Shown: one piece after another, positions 16,379-23,643 of the stretch
Layout of the letters: the number at the start of each line of letters is the position of its first letter
Position numbering within the stretch: position 1 is the first letter of the stretch
Source: Clostridia bacterium
GTDB taxonomy: Bacteria; Bacillota; Clostridia; Christensenellales; Aristaeellaceae
Assembly: GCA_017549335.1 (NCBI GenBank)
Contig: JAFYVB010000006.1
Location: 1 to 32,000, forward strand
DNA length: 32,000 nucleotides
Reading direction: 5' to 3'
Translations under genes and position numbers: made by a program
Notes under the pieces: generated by a model
The model's input: the letters and a program-made list of their open reading frames with translations, nothing else
Database searches by the model: none
Told to the model about the DNA's origin: nothing

Positions 16379-18187
16379 TCAATCGTCGTTCATTTTAAGG
16401 ACCTTCATGAACGCCTCGCTGGGCACTTCCACCGTACCGAACTGGCGCATGCGCTTTTTACCCTCTTTCTGCTTTTCCAGCAGCTTCTTCTTACGGGTGA
16501 TATCGCCGCCGTAGCACTTGGCCAGCACGTCCTTGCGCACAGCCTTGACGGTCTCGCGGGCGATGACCTTGCCGCCGATGGCCGCCTGAATCGGGATATC
16601 AAACTGCTGACGCGGAATGACTTCGCGCAGCTTTTCGGCGATGCCGCGGCCGCGGTCATAGGCCTTATCGCGGTGCACGATCATGGTGAAGGCGTCGCAG
16701 ATATCGCCGTTGAGCAGGAAGTCCAGTTTCACCAGATCGCTCTGCTGATAGCCGATCAATTCATAGTCCAGGGACGCATAGCCGCGGGAGCGGGATTTCA
16801 GGCTGTCAAAGAAGTCGAAGATAACTTCATTGAGGGGCACGTCGTAGGTCAGCTTCACACGACCGCCCTCATACTGCATATCCTTGAACACACCGCGCTT
16901 GTCCTGACACAGATCCATCAGCGTACCCACGTAATCCTGGGGCGTATAGATGGTGACCAGCACGAAAGGCTCGCGCATGGAGGCGATCTCGGTGATCTGG
17001 GGCAGGTTGGCGGGGTTATCGATGGCGATCACGTCGCCGTTGGTCTTTTCCACCTCAAAAATAACGCTGGGGGCGGTGGTGACCAGGTCCAGATCAAATT
17101 CGCGCTCCAGGCGCATCTGGATGATCTCCATGTGCAAAAGGCCGAGGAATCCGCAGCGGAAGCCGTAGCCCAGCGCCACGCTGGTTTCGGGCTCATAGGC
17201 AAGGGATGCGTCGTTCATGCGCAGCTTTTCAAGGGCGTCCTTGAGGTTTTCATAGTCCGCGCCGTCGGCGGGATAAATACCGCAGTACACCATGGGCGTA
17301 ACTTCACGATAGCCGGGCAGCGCCTGCGGCGCGGGGGCGGCGGCATCGGTGATGGTATCGCCCACGCGGGTATCGCGCAGATCCTTGATGGAAGCGGCAA
17401 TATAACCCACCTCGCCGGCCATCAGGCAGTCGGCAGGCTCGTAACCGGGGGAAAGATAGCCCACTTCCACGATGTCAAATTCCGCGCCGGTCTGCATCAT
17501 GCGCATACGCATGCCGGGACGAACCGTGCCCTCCATCACGCGCACATAGCAGATCGCGCCGCGGTAGTTATCGTAAATGGCGTCAAACACCAGCGCCTGC
17601 AGCGGTTTTTCAGCATCGCCCTTGGGCGGGGGCATCTGGGTAACAACAGCCTCCAGCACGTCCTCAATGCCGATGCCCTGCTTTGCGCTGGTCAAGGGCG
17701 CCATGGAGGCGTCCAGACCGATGACCTCCTCGATCTCGTTGCGCACCACTTCGGGCTGGGCGGAGGGCAAGTCGATCTTGTTGATCACGGGGATCGTCTC
17801 CAGATCATGCTCCAGCGCCATGTATACGTTGGCCAGCGTCTGGGCTTCGATACCCTGGGTGGCGTCTACCACCAAAAGAGCGCCCTCACAGGCCGCCAGC
17901 GCACGGGACACCTCATAGGCAAAGTCCACGTGACCGGGGGTGTCGATCAGGTTCAGCACGTAGGTTTCGCCGTCCTTGGCTTTATAGTTCATGCGGACGG
18001 CCTTACTTTTGATGGTGATGCCTCTTTCGCGCTCCAGTTCCATGGAGTCGAGAATCTGCTCCACCATTTCGCGCTTTTCAAACACGCCGGTATGCTCCAG
18101 GATACGGTCAGCCAGCGTGGATTTGCCGTGGTCGATGTGGGCAATGATGCAGAAATTGCGGATGCGCTGCATTCTGTCAAGACTCAA
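16379..18187 (-). CDS. lepA: Translation elongation factor 4 (LepA)
   Basis: 602 aa. GTPase motifs [23 protein letters not shown] and NKIDL, plus the LepA C-terminal domain. The codon at 18187 is TTG with GGAGG 7 nt upstream. The next ATG (18172) is 22 nt from the SD, so a TTG start is likely. Confidence 0.92.
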   Translation of the reverse strand: MSLDRMQRIRNFCIIAHIDHGKSTLADRILEHTGVFEKREMVEQILDSMELERERGITIKSKAVRMNYKAKDGETYVLNLIDTPGHVDFAYEVSRALAACEGALLVVDATQGIEAQTLANVYMALEHDLETIPVINKIDLPSAQPEVVRNEIEEVIGLDASMAPLTSAKQGIGIEDVLEAVVTQMPPPKGDAEKPLQALVFDAIYDNYRGAICYVRVMEGTVRPGMRMRMMQTGAEFDIVEVGYLSPGYEPADCLMAGEVGYIAASIKDLRDTRVGDTITDAAAPAPQALPGYREVTPMVYCGIYPADGADYENLKDALEKLRMNDASLAYEPETSVALGYGFRCGFLGLLHMEIIQMRLEREFDLDLVTTAPSVIFEVEKTNGDVIAIDNPANLPQITEIASMREPFVLVTIYTPQDYVGTLMDLCQDKRGVFKDMQYEGGRVKLTYDVPLNEVIFDFFDSLKSRSRGYASLDYELIGYQQSDLVKLDFLLNGDICDAFTMIVHRDKAYDRGRGIAEKLREVIPRQQFDIPIQAAIGGKVIARETVKAVRKDVLAKCYGGDITRKKKLLEKQKEGKKRMRQFGTVEVPSEAFMKVLKMNDD

Positions 18188-18226
18188 AGGGATTTCCTCC
18201 GTTTCGGCATAAGAATCTGAAAATGA

Positions 18227-19303
18227 TTATTTATCTTCCTTGAAAACCCAGTTGCGCTGCACGCGGTAGCTGACCAAATACAGCACGGTATCCACCGCAA
18301 TACCCACCAGACCGATGATGGCCGTGGGGAACTTCAGCCAGTTCATGAGACCGTCCACCCCCACAGCGGAAACCAGCATGATGAACACCGCCAGCAGCAC
18401 GTAGCGGACAAAGGTCTTCCGGCTCATCTTCTTTTCGAAGACGTACTTGCTGTTCAGATAGAAATTGCAGGGCGCGGACACGCAGCGGGCCAGCACCTTG
18501 GCAAAGAACGCGCCATGGGCAACGGCTGCAAAGATGGTGTTGCCCAGCAGGGTCAAAAGCACAAAGTCAATGACGAAAGAGGCGATGCTCGCCGCCGCGA
18601 AGCGGATAAAGGAGCCCAGCAGCAGCTTGTAGATGCGGATGGAATCCTTGATGGGATTGAAGTGGGAGGACTTGTTTTCCTCCAGATAGATCGTTTCGAT
18701 GGGGATGATCTTGAAGGGCACCTTGTTGGTGGCGCAGTAGATGAGCATGTTCATCTCATACTCAAAGCGGTCGCCCGTGACAGCCAGCAGATCGTCATAG
18801 GTTTCCCGGGTGACGGCACGCAGACCGGTCTGGGTATCGGGCAGCCAGTGACCGTACAGGGCAGCGAACACCGCGCTGGTGATACGGTTGCCAAAGCGGG
18901 ATCGGGGCGGGATATTCTTGTTCTTTCCCGAAAAATCCCGGGACCCCAGCAGCAATTCCTTTTGATTTTCCTGCATGGCGGCAGCCAGCTTCAGCGTATC
19001 CTGTACTGTATGCTGACCGTCCGCATCGGCGGTGATCACGCCCTTGAATTCGGTATGGTCGCGGATATATTCAATACCCGTGCGCAGGCCCTGACCCTTG
19101 CCGCGGTTCACCTCATGGCGAAGCACGGTGCAGCGCTCTTTCAGGGCGATACGCTCAAAAATGCCGTCATATTTTTCATTGGAACCGTCGTTGACCACAA
19201 CGATGCCGCCAAATTCAGCCGCCAGCAGCTGATCCACATACTCCGGCAGCCGCTCATCGGGGCTCAGCGAAGGGATCAAAACGCAAAGCTCTTTTACCTG
19301 CAT
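18227..19303 (-). CDS. Family-2 glycosyltransferase fused to a GtrA-like membrane domain
   Basis: 358 aa. GT-A features (VLIPSLSPDE, VVVNDGS, DADGQH) are followed by four predicted TM helices with GtrA-like sequence (FIRFAAASIASFVIDFVLL...NFYLNSKYVF). AGAGGA lies 7 nt upstream of the ATG. Confidence 0.8.
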   Translation of the reverse strand: MQVKELCVLIPSLSPDERLPEYVDQLLAAEFGGIVVVNDGSNEKYDGIFERIALKERCTVLRHEVNRGKGQGLRTGIEYIRDHTEFKGVITADADGQHTVQDTLKLAAAMQENQKELLLGSRDFSGKNKNIPPRSRFGNRITSAVFAALYGHWLPDTQTGLRAVTRETYDDLLAVTGDRFEYEMNMLIYCATNKVPFKIIPIETIYLEENKSSHFNPIKDSIRIYKLLLGSFIRFAAASIASFVIDFVLLTLLGNTIFAAVAHGAFFAKVLARCVSAPCNFYLNSKYVFEKKMSRKTFVRYVLLAVFIMLVSAVGVDGLMNWLKFPTAIIGLVGIAVDTVLYLVSYRVQRNWVFKEDK

Positions 19304-19363
19304 GATTCATTCCTCTTTTTCTTCGGTTGGGAAAGGGGCATAAAACGCCACCTTATCTATCCT

Positions 19364-19392
19364 ATCATACCATTATTTTTGCATTACGGCAA
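19364..19392 (-). promoter_or_regulatory. Sigma-A promoter of the GT2-lepA-prfA-serCA-topB unit
   Basis: Minus-sense TTGCCG (19392-19387), a 17-nt spacer, then TGG-TATGAT (extended -10; hexamer at 19369-19364). Confidence 0.55.
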
Positions 19393-19449
19393 GATAAAAG
19401 ATATCGCCGGCATCAAGGACAATCGCCCTTATTTTGACATATTTCACTC

Positions 19450-19478
19450 TTGTTTTACAAAACAATCACCTTTATAAT
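19450..19478 (+). promoter_or_regulatory. Sigma-A promoter of the GNAT-like gene
   Basis: TTGTTT (19450-19455), a 17-nt spacer, then TATAAT (19473-19478), about 50 nt upstream of the ATG at 19531. Confidence 0.5.
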
Positions 19479-19530
19479 AGAAAGTGGATATGTTTGACCG
19501 CTCAATAATTGACATAGGATGTGATTCTTT

Positions 19531-20652
19531 ATGGTAGAGATCCGTGAAGTTAAAACGCGCAGCGAACTGAAGACCTTTGTTGATTTCCCCAACAAGATGT
19601 ACCGCAAGGTGCCTCAGTACGTTCCTGTGCTGATCAGCGACGATATGACCAACCTGGATAAGGTCAAGAGCCCCGCCTATGAATTCTGCGATATGCGCTT
19701 CTTCCTTGCCTACCGTGACGGCAAGGTGGTGGGCCGCGTGGGCGGCATCATCAACCATGCCTCCAACGAAAAGTGGGAGCAGCAGCGCATCCGCCTGACC
19801 CGCCTGGACTTTATCGATGATATCGAAGTCTCCTCCGCCCTGATCAAGACCATTGAGGACTGGGGCCGTGAGCAGGGACTCAAGGAGATCGTCGGCCCCG
19901 TGGGCTTCTGCGATCAGGATAAGGAAGGCATGCTCATCGAGGGCTTTGACGAGCCCGGCATGTTCATCACCTACTACAACTTCCCCTACTACCTTGAGCA
20001 CATGGAAAAGCTGGGCTACGCCAAGGACGTGGACTGGCTGGAAAGCCGTCTGTACACCAAGCTCAAGGAAGAAGAAAAGATGGCCAAGCTGTGCGAGTTC
20101 ATCAAGCGCCGCTACAAGCTGAAGGTCATCAACATCCGCAACAAAAAGCACCTCAAGCCCTACATCAAAAAGCTGTTTGACATGGTGGACCGGGAGTATT
20201 CCAAGCTCTACGGCTCCGTGCCCTTCACTCCCCGCCTGATCGATCATTACCTTGGCCAATTCCTCATGCTGGTGGACTGCCGCTTTGTCAAGTTCATCGA
20301 AAACGAGCAGGGCGAGGTCATCGCCTTCGGTCTGGCTGTCGCCAATCTGAACAAGCCCGTGCAGCGCTGGAACGGCCGCCTCTTCCCCTTCGGCTGGGCG
20401 GACTTCCTGTGGACTTCCCAGCATGCCAAGATCCTTGACCTGTACCTCATCGCCGTGGACAGCGATCACCGCAATTCCGGCGCCAGCGCGCTGCTCATCT
20501 GGGAGATGCTCAGGGTGGCCCGCGAGGCCGGCATCGACGTGGCGGAGACCGGCCCCAACCTGGAAAACAATCAGGAGATCCGCTCGCTGTGGAACTGGTT
20601 CGAAGGCGAAAAGAATATCCGCCGCCGCCGCAGCTGGATCAAGCAGCTGTAA
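19531..20652 (+). CDS. Uncharacterised GNAT-fold N-acyltransferase-like protein (a family of roughly 370 aa)
   Basis: 373 aa. MVEIREVKTRSELKTFVDFPNKMYRKVPQYVPVLISD... and the late motif IAVDSDHRNSGASALL (GNAT motif A-like) match, from memory, a widespread Clostridia/Bacteroidia family annotated only as N-acetyltransferase. The codon usage looks real, unlike the antisense ORF 19444-20469. Confidence 0.7.
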   Translation: MVEIREVKTRSELKTFVDFPNKMYRKVPQYVPVLISDDMTNLDKVKSPAYEFCDMRFFLAYRDGKVVGRVGGIINHASNEKWEQQRIRLTRLDFIDDIEVSSALIKTIEDWGREQGLKEIVGPVGFCDQDKEGMLIEGFDEPGMFITYYNFPYYLEHMEKLGYAKDVDWLESRLYTKLKEEEKMAKLCEFIKRRYKLKVINIRNKKHLKPYIKKLFDMVDREYSKLYGSVPFTPRLIDHYLGQFLMLVDCRFVKFIENEQGEVIAFGLAVANLNKPVQRWNGRLFPFGWADFLWTSQHAKILDLYLIAVDSDHRNSGASALLIWEMLRVAREAGIDVAETGPNLENNQEIRSLWNWFEGEKNIRRRRSWIKQL

Positions 20653-20664
20653 TCCTTACTGCAT

Positions 20665-20697
20665 AAAAAAACGCGGGACGTAACGTCCCGCGTTTTT
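20665..20697. terminator. Bidirectional rho-independent terminator
   Basis: AAAAAA-ACGCGGGACG-TAA-CGTCCCGCGT-TTTT lies between the convergent stop codons at 20652 and 20706. Confidence 0.8.
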
Positions 20698-20705
20698 CAG
20701 TTATC

Positions 20706-21371
20706 TCAGTAGTTTTCCTTGTGCACTTCGAAGTAGCTCTGGGGATGAGCGCAGACGGGGCATACTTCGGGAGCCTTGAGGCCCACCACAATATGACCGC
20801 AGTTGCGGCATTCCCAAACGGTGACGTCGCTCTTTTCAAAGACAGCCTTGGTTTCCACATTGCGCAGAAGGGCGCGATAACGCTCCTCGTGGCGCTTTTC
20901 GATGGCAGCCACACCGCGGAACTTCTTGGCCAGATCATGGAAGCCTTCTTCTTCGGCTTCATCAGCCATACGGTCATACATGTCGGTCCATTCGTAGTTC
21001 TCGCCTTCGGCGGCATGGAGCAGGTTTTCGGCGGTGTCGCCCACTTCACCCAGCGCCTTGAACCACAGTTCGGCGTGTTCCTTTTCGTTGGCAGCGGTCT
21101 CAAGGAAGAGGGCGGCGATCTGCTCAAAGCCCTGCTTCTTGGCAACGGAAGCAAAATAGGTGTACTTGTTGCGGGCCTGGGATTCACCGGCAAAGGCTTC
21201 CCACAGATTCTTTTCGGTCTTGGTACCGGCGTAGGGATTCTTCTTCATAAGGGGTTCCTCCTCCAATTTTTCAAATACGCTCGCAGGCTGACGGCACTTG
21301 GGACAGACAAAGTCTTCGGTCATGGCTCCTTCGTGTACGTAACCGCAAACAGTGCATTTGTATTTCTCCAT
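20706..21371 (-). CDS. Rubrerythrin with an extra N-terminal rubredoxin-like domain (Rd-Rbr-Rd)
   Basis: ATG at 21371 (MEKYKC) with GGAGG 7 nt upstream; the track's 27-codon extension is not supported. N-terminal CTVC...CPKC, a di-iron four-helix core with two ExxH motifs ([16 protein letters not shown]), and C-terminal CRNC...CPVC. Confidence 0.88.
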   Translation of the reverse strand: MEKYKCTVCGYVHEGAMTEDFVCPKCRQPASVFEKLEEEPLMKKNPYAGTKTEKNLWEAFAGESQARNKYTYFASVAKKQGFEQIAALFLETAANEKEHAELWFKALGEVGDTAENLLHAAEGENYEWTDMYDRMADEAEEEGFHDLAKKFRGVAAIEKRHEERYRALLRNVETKAVFEKSDVTVWECRNCGHIVVGLKAPEVCPVCAHPQSYFEVHKENY

Positions 21372-21420
21372 CGTTATTTCCTCCGGTTTCAGTGAAAGCA
21401 TTTCGCTTTTTCTGATGTTT

Positions 21421-21449
21421 ATTATATACCATTTTTCATCTGTTTGAAA
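21421..21449 (-). promoter_or_regulatory. Candidate promoter of the rubrerythrin gene
   Basis: Minus-sense TTTCAA (21449-21444), a 17-nt spacer, then TATAAT (21426-21421). The T6A6T6 tract at 21452-21469 lies immediately upstream, in the position of an UP element. Confidence 0.5.
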
Positions 21450-21500
21450 CATTTTTTAAAAAATTTTTTCGTGAAACAATTTCTTTTCCAATGAAAAAAG

Positions 21501-21529
21501 TTGTATTCGGCTGCGTCCTGTGCTATGAT
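21501..21529 (+). promoter_or_regulatory. Sigma-A promoter (extended -10) of the secreted-protein gene
   Basis: TTGTAT (21501-21506), a 17-nt spacer, then TGC-TATGAT (hexamer at 21524-21529). Confidence 0.55.
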
Positions 21530-21555
21530 TAAGAAAAAACAAAGGAGTCTCTCCC

Positions 21556-22584
21556 ATGAAAAAATGGCTCTCGGCTTTGCTTCTGCTGTGTCTGCTCCTG
21601 CCGCTGGCGGGTGCTGAAACCCAGTTTTTCTACACCACCGAATCGGTCACCACCTGCGAGAATACTTCCTCGCTGTATAACAAATTCTACGAAAGCGGCG
21701 AGCTGTCCGTCAACATTCCCGGCTGCGCCCAGGATCTGGTGCCGCAGGGCATCTCCTATCTTGCCGATGAAGGCTGGATGATCATTGCCGGCTATTCCTC
21801 CGGCACCACCCCCAGCGCCATCGTTGCCGTGGATATGGAGACCAATCAGGTGGTCAAGGAGATCTTCCTCCAGAATGTGGACGGCAGTGCCTACACCGGT
21901 CATGCCGGCGGCGTAGCCGTAACGGAAAAGAACATTTTCATCTCCAACAACAACCATCTCTACCGCCTGTCGCTGGATTCTTTCCGCGCTGCGGAGGCTT
22001 CCGCCACCCTGAAGTTTGACGAGGCCATTCCCGTGCCCAGCCGCGCCAGCTACTGCCAGTATAACGACGGCATCCTGTGGGTGGGTGAGTTCGAATACGG
22101 CGGCGAATACAAGACCGACAACAGCCACCGCATCAAGACTGCGGACGGTTATCAGCGTGCATGGGCCATCGGCTATCAGCTGACAAGCGAAACCGATAAT
22201 GAACTGAAGGCCGATTGCATCACCGCCGAGGGCGCCATCCCCGACGTGATCCTGTCCACCACCGAACGCATTCAGGGTCTCACCGTCAAGGAGGGCATGA
22301 TCTACCTGAGCCAGTCCTACGGCCGCAAGAACTCCTCCACCATTTACCGTCACGTCAACGTGCTGGAAAGAGAAGCCAACGCCGAGGTAGACGTGCTGGG
22401 CGTCAAGCGCCCCATCTGGTTCCTGGACAAAAAGTCTCTGGATGCCGCCATCATCGCCCCGCCCATGACCGAGTGCCTGTGCACCGTTGACGGCGCCATC
22501 TACGTACTCTTCGAATCGGGCGCCGAAAAGTACCGCGATTCCAAGAATCCCATGGACCGCGTGTTCAAGCTCACCGGCTTCTGA
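21556..22584 (+). CDS. Secreted protein of unknown function (signal peptide, Cys-containing)
   Basis: 342 aa with AAGGAG 7 nt upstream. Signal peptide MKKWLSALLLLCLLLPLAGA. The mature part has no TM segment, several Cys residues and beta-rich repeat-like segments (..VVKEIFL..GGVAV..NIFISNN..; ..GLTVKEGMIYLSQ..; ..VDGAIYVLFESG..). I do not recognise a family with any confidence. Confidence 0.7.
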   Translation: MKKWLSALLLLCLLLPLAGAETQFFYTTESVTTCENTSSLYNKFYESGELSVNIPGCAQDLVPQGISYLADEGWMIIAGYSSGTTPSAIVAVDMETNQVVKEIFLQNVDGSAYTGHAGGVAVTEKNIFISNNNHLYRLSLDSFRAAEASATLKFDEAIPVPSRASYCQYNDGILWVGEFEYGGEYKTDNSHRIKTADGYQRAWAIGYQLTSETDNELKADCITAEGAIPDVILSTTERIQGLTVKEGMIYLSQSYGRKNSSTIYRHVNVLEREANAEVDVLGVKRPIWFLDKKSLDAAIIAPPMTECLCTVDGAIYVLFESGAEKYRDSKNPMDRVFKLTGF

Positions 22585-22596
22585 TCTGAAAACGTC

Positions 22597-22633
22597 AAAA
22601 AACGCATCCGCAGCTCTGTGCGGATGCGTTTTT
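22597..22633. terminator. Bidirectional rho-independent terminator
   Basis: AAAAAA-ACGCATCCGCA (22602-12)-GCTCTG-TGCGGATGCGT (22619-29)-TTTTT lies between the convergent stop codons at 22584 and 22637. Confidence 0.8.
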
Positions 22634-22636
22634 GAT

Positions 22637-23527
22637 TTATCTCTCTTTCAGCCATTGAATGACTTCCTCAAGCATCGGGATCGCCTGCGCTGCGCCGGGG
22701 CGCGTGACCTGTATCGCCGAAGCCGCCGAGGCGATCTTCAGGGATTTTTCAGCGTCCTCTCCCCGCAGCTGGGAAGCGAGGAAATAGCCCGTAAAGGTGT
22801 CCCCCGCGCCTGTGGTATCCACGGCATTCACCTTAAATGCGCTTTGCCGCAGCCGCTTTTCGCCGTGGGCATACATACAGCCCTTACTGCCCAGAGTCAG
22901 CACGACATGGGCCTGGGGATACTTTTCCAGCAGTTTTTGAACCGCTTTTTCCGCATCGCTTTCGCCGCTGAGCGCTTCGCCCTCGATCTCGTTCAGAATG
23001 AAATAATCCACCAGATCAAGCGGCAGATCACGCAGCGTTTCATCGATGGGCGAGGGATTAAAGGCGATTTTCATGCCCTTTGACTTGGCGGCGTGCATCA
23101 TTTCGGCCAACGCGTTGGTCTCGTTCTGCATCAGCAGAAGATCGCCCGCCGAAAAGCCGTCGAGCACCTGCCGCACCTCCTCTTTCCTTTGGCGGCGGTT
23201 GGCGCCCGGATAGAGCAAAATGCAGTTATCCCCCTGTGCGTTCACCTGAATCACGGCATGCCCCGTCGCCTCATCCGTGATGCGCACGCGCTTTGTATCC
23301 ACGCCGTTCTCCGCAAGATAATCCCGCAGAAAAACACCGTCTTCACCGATGCATCCGGCATGATATACCTGCGCCCCTGCACGGGAGAGCGCCACGGACT
23401 GATTCAGCCCCTTGCCGCCCATGTGCCGCGCAAAGGCCCGGGTCGTCAGCGTTTCGCCCGTGCGGGCGTGATGGTCAACGCCGTATACCAGATCAATATT
23501 CAGCGAACCGAAATTCAGAATTTTCAT
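22637..23527 (-). CDS. rbsK: Ribokinase (PfkB family)
   Basis: Start at ATG 23527 (MKILNFGSLNIDLVY) with AAGGTGA upstream; the track's 39-codon extension runs through a terminator. Motifs GGKGLNQ, NEIE and DTTGAGDTFTG are the ribokinase signatures. Confidence 0.82.
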   Translation of the reverse strand: MKILNFGSLNIDLVYGVDHHARTGETLTTRAFARHMGGKGLNQSVALSRAGAQVYHAGCIGEDGVFLRDYLAENGVDTKRVRITDEATGHAVIQVNAQGDNCILLYPGANRRQRKEEVRQVLDGFSAGDLLLMQNETNALAEMMHAAKSKGMKIAFNPSPIDETLRDLPLDLVDYFILNEIEGEALSGESDAEKAVQKLLEKYPQAHVVLTLGSKGCMYAHGEKRLRQSAFKVNAVDTTGAGDTFTGYFLASQLRGEDAEKSLKIASAASAIQVTRPGAAQAIPMLEEVIQWLKER

Positions 23528-23591
23528 GTTTAAATCACCTTGCAGAAGAATGGATACTTCCCTTTTCGACGTGACAGGCTCATTTCCTGCA

Positions 23592-23632
23592 AAGAAAAAA
23601 ATCCCTTTGGCTGCCGAAACAGCCAAAGGGAT
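23592..23632 (-). terminator. Rho-independent terminator of the secreted-protein operon
   Basis: 13-bp stem ATCCCTTTGGCTG (23601-13) / CAGCCAAAGGGAT (23620-32). On the minus strand it is followed by TTTTTTT. Confidence 0.85.
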
Positions 23633-23643
23633 CAGCGAAAGCA

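Noticed and set aside
16673-18220. A 515-aa plus-strand ORF opposite lepA
   Set aside because: It is a codon-aligned antisense shadow of lepA in the same phase. The sequence is rich in G/H/V/D/A with no recognisable domain, whereas LepA on the minus strand is certain.
19444-20469. A 341-aa minus-strand ORF opposite the GNAT-like gene
   Set aside because: It is a codon-aligned antisense frame with typical shadow composition (L/V/G/D/H/A-rich). The plus-strand product has a promoter, a terminator and family-like sequence.
21441-21478. parS-like sequence (CGTGAAACA and TGTTTGAAACA) near the rubrerythrin promoter
   Set aside because: Only a half-site of the parS consensus TGTTNCACGTGAAACA is present, and the left half is T-run sequence. 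Other GTTTCAC half-sites (near 4225, 10753 and 25195) also lack the partner half. I found no full parS in the window.
21529-22353. A 274-aa minus-strand ORF opposite the secreted-protein gene
   Set aside because: It is a codon-aligned antisense shadow. It has no RBS and a Gly/Ala/Val-rich translation. The plus-strand gene has an SD, a signal peptide and a terminator.
1813-22633. Three terminators share an AAAACGC...GCGTTTT frame (1811-1840, 20665-20697, 22597-22633), which could indicate a repeat family
   Set aside because: The stems themselves are unrelated in sequence. An A-run, a GC-clamped stem and a T-run make up the generic design of bidirectional terminators, so this is not a REP-like repeat.
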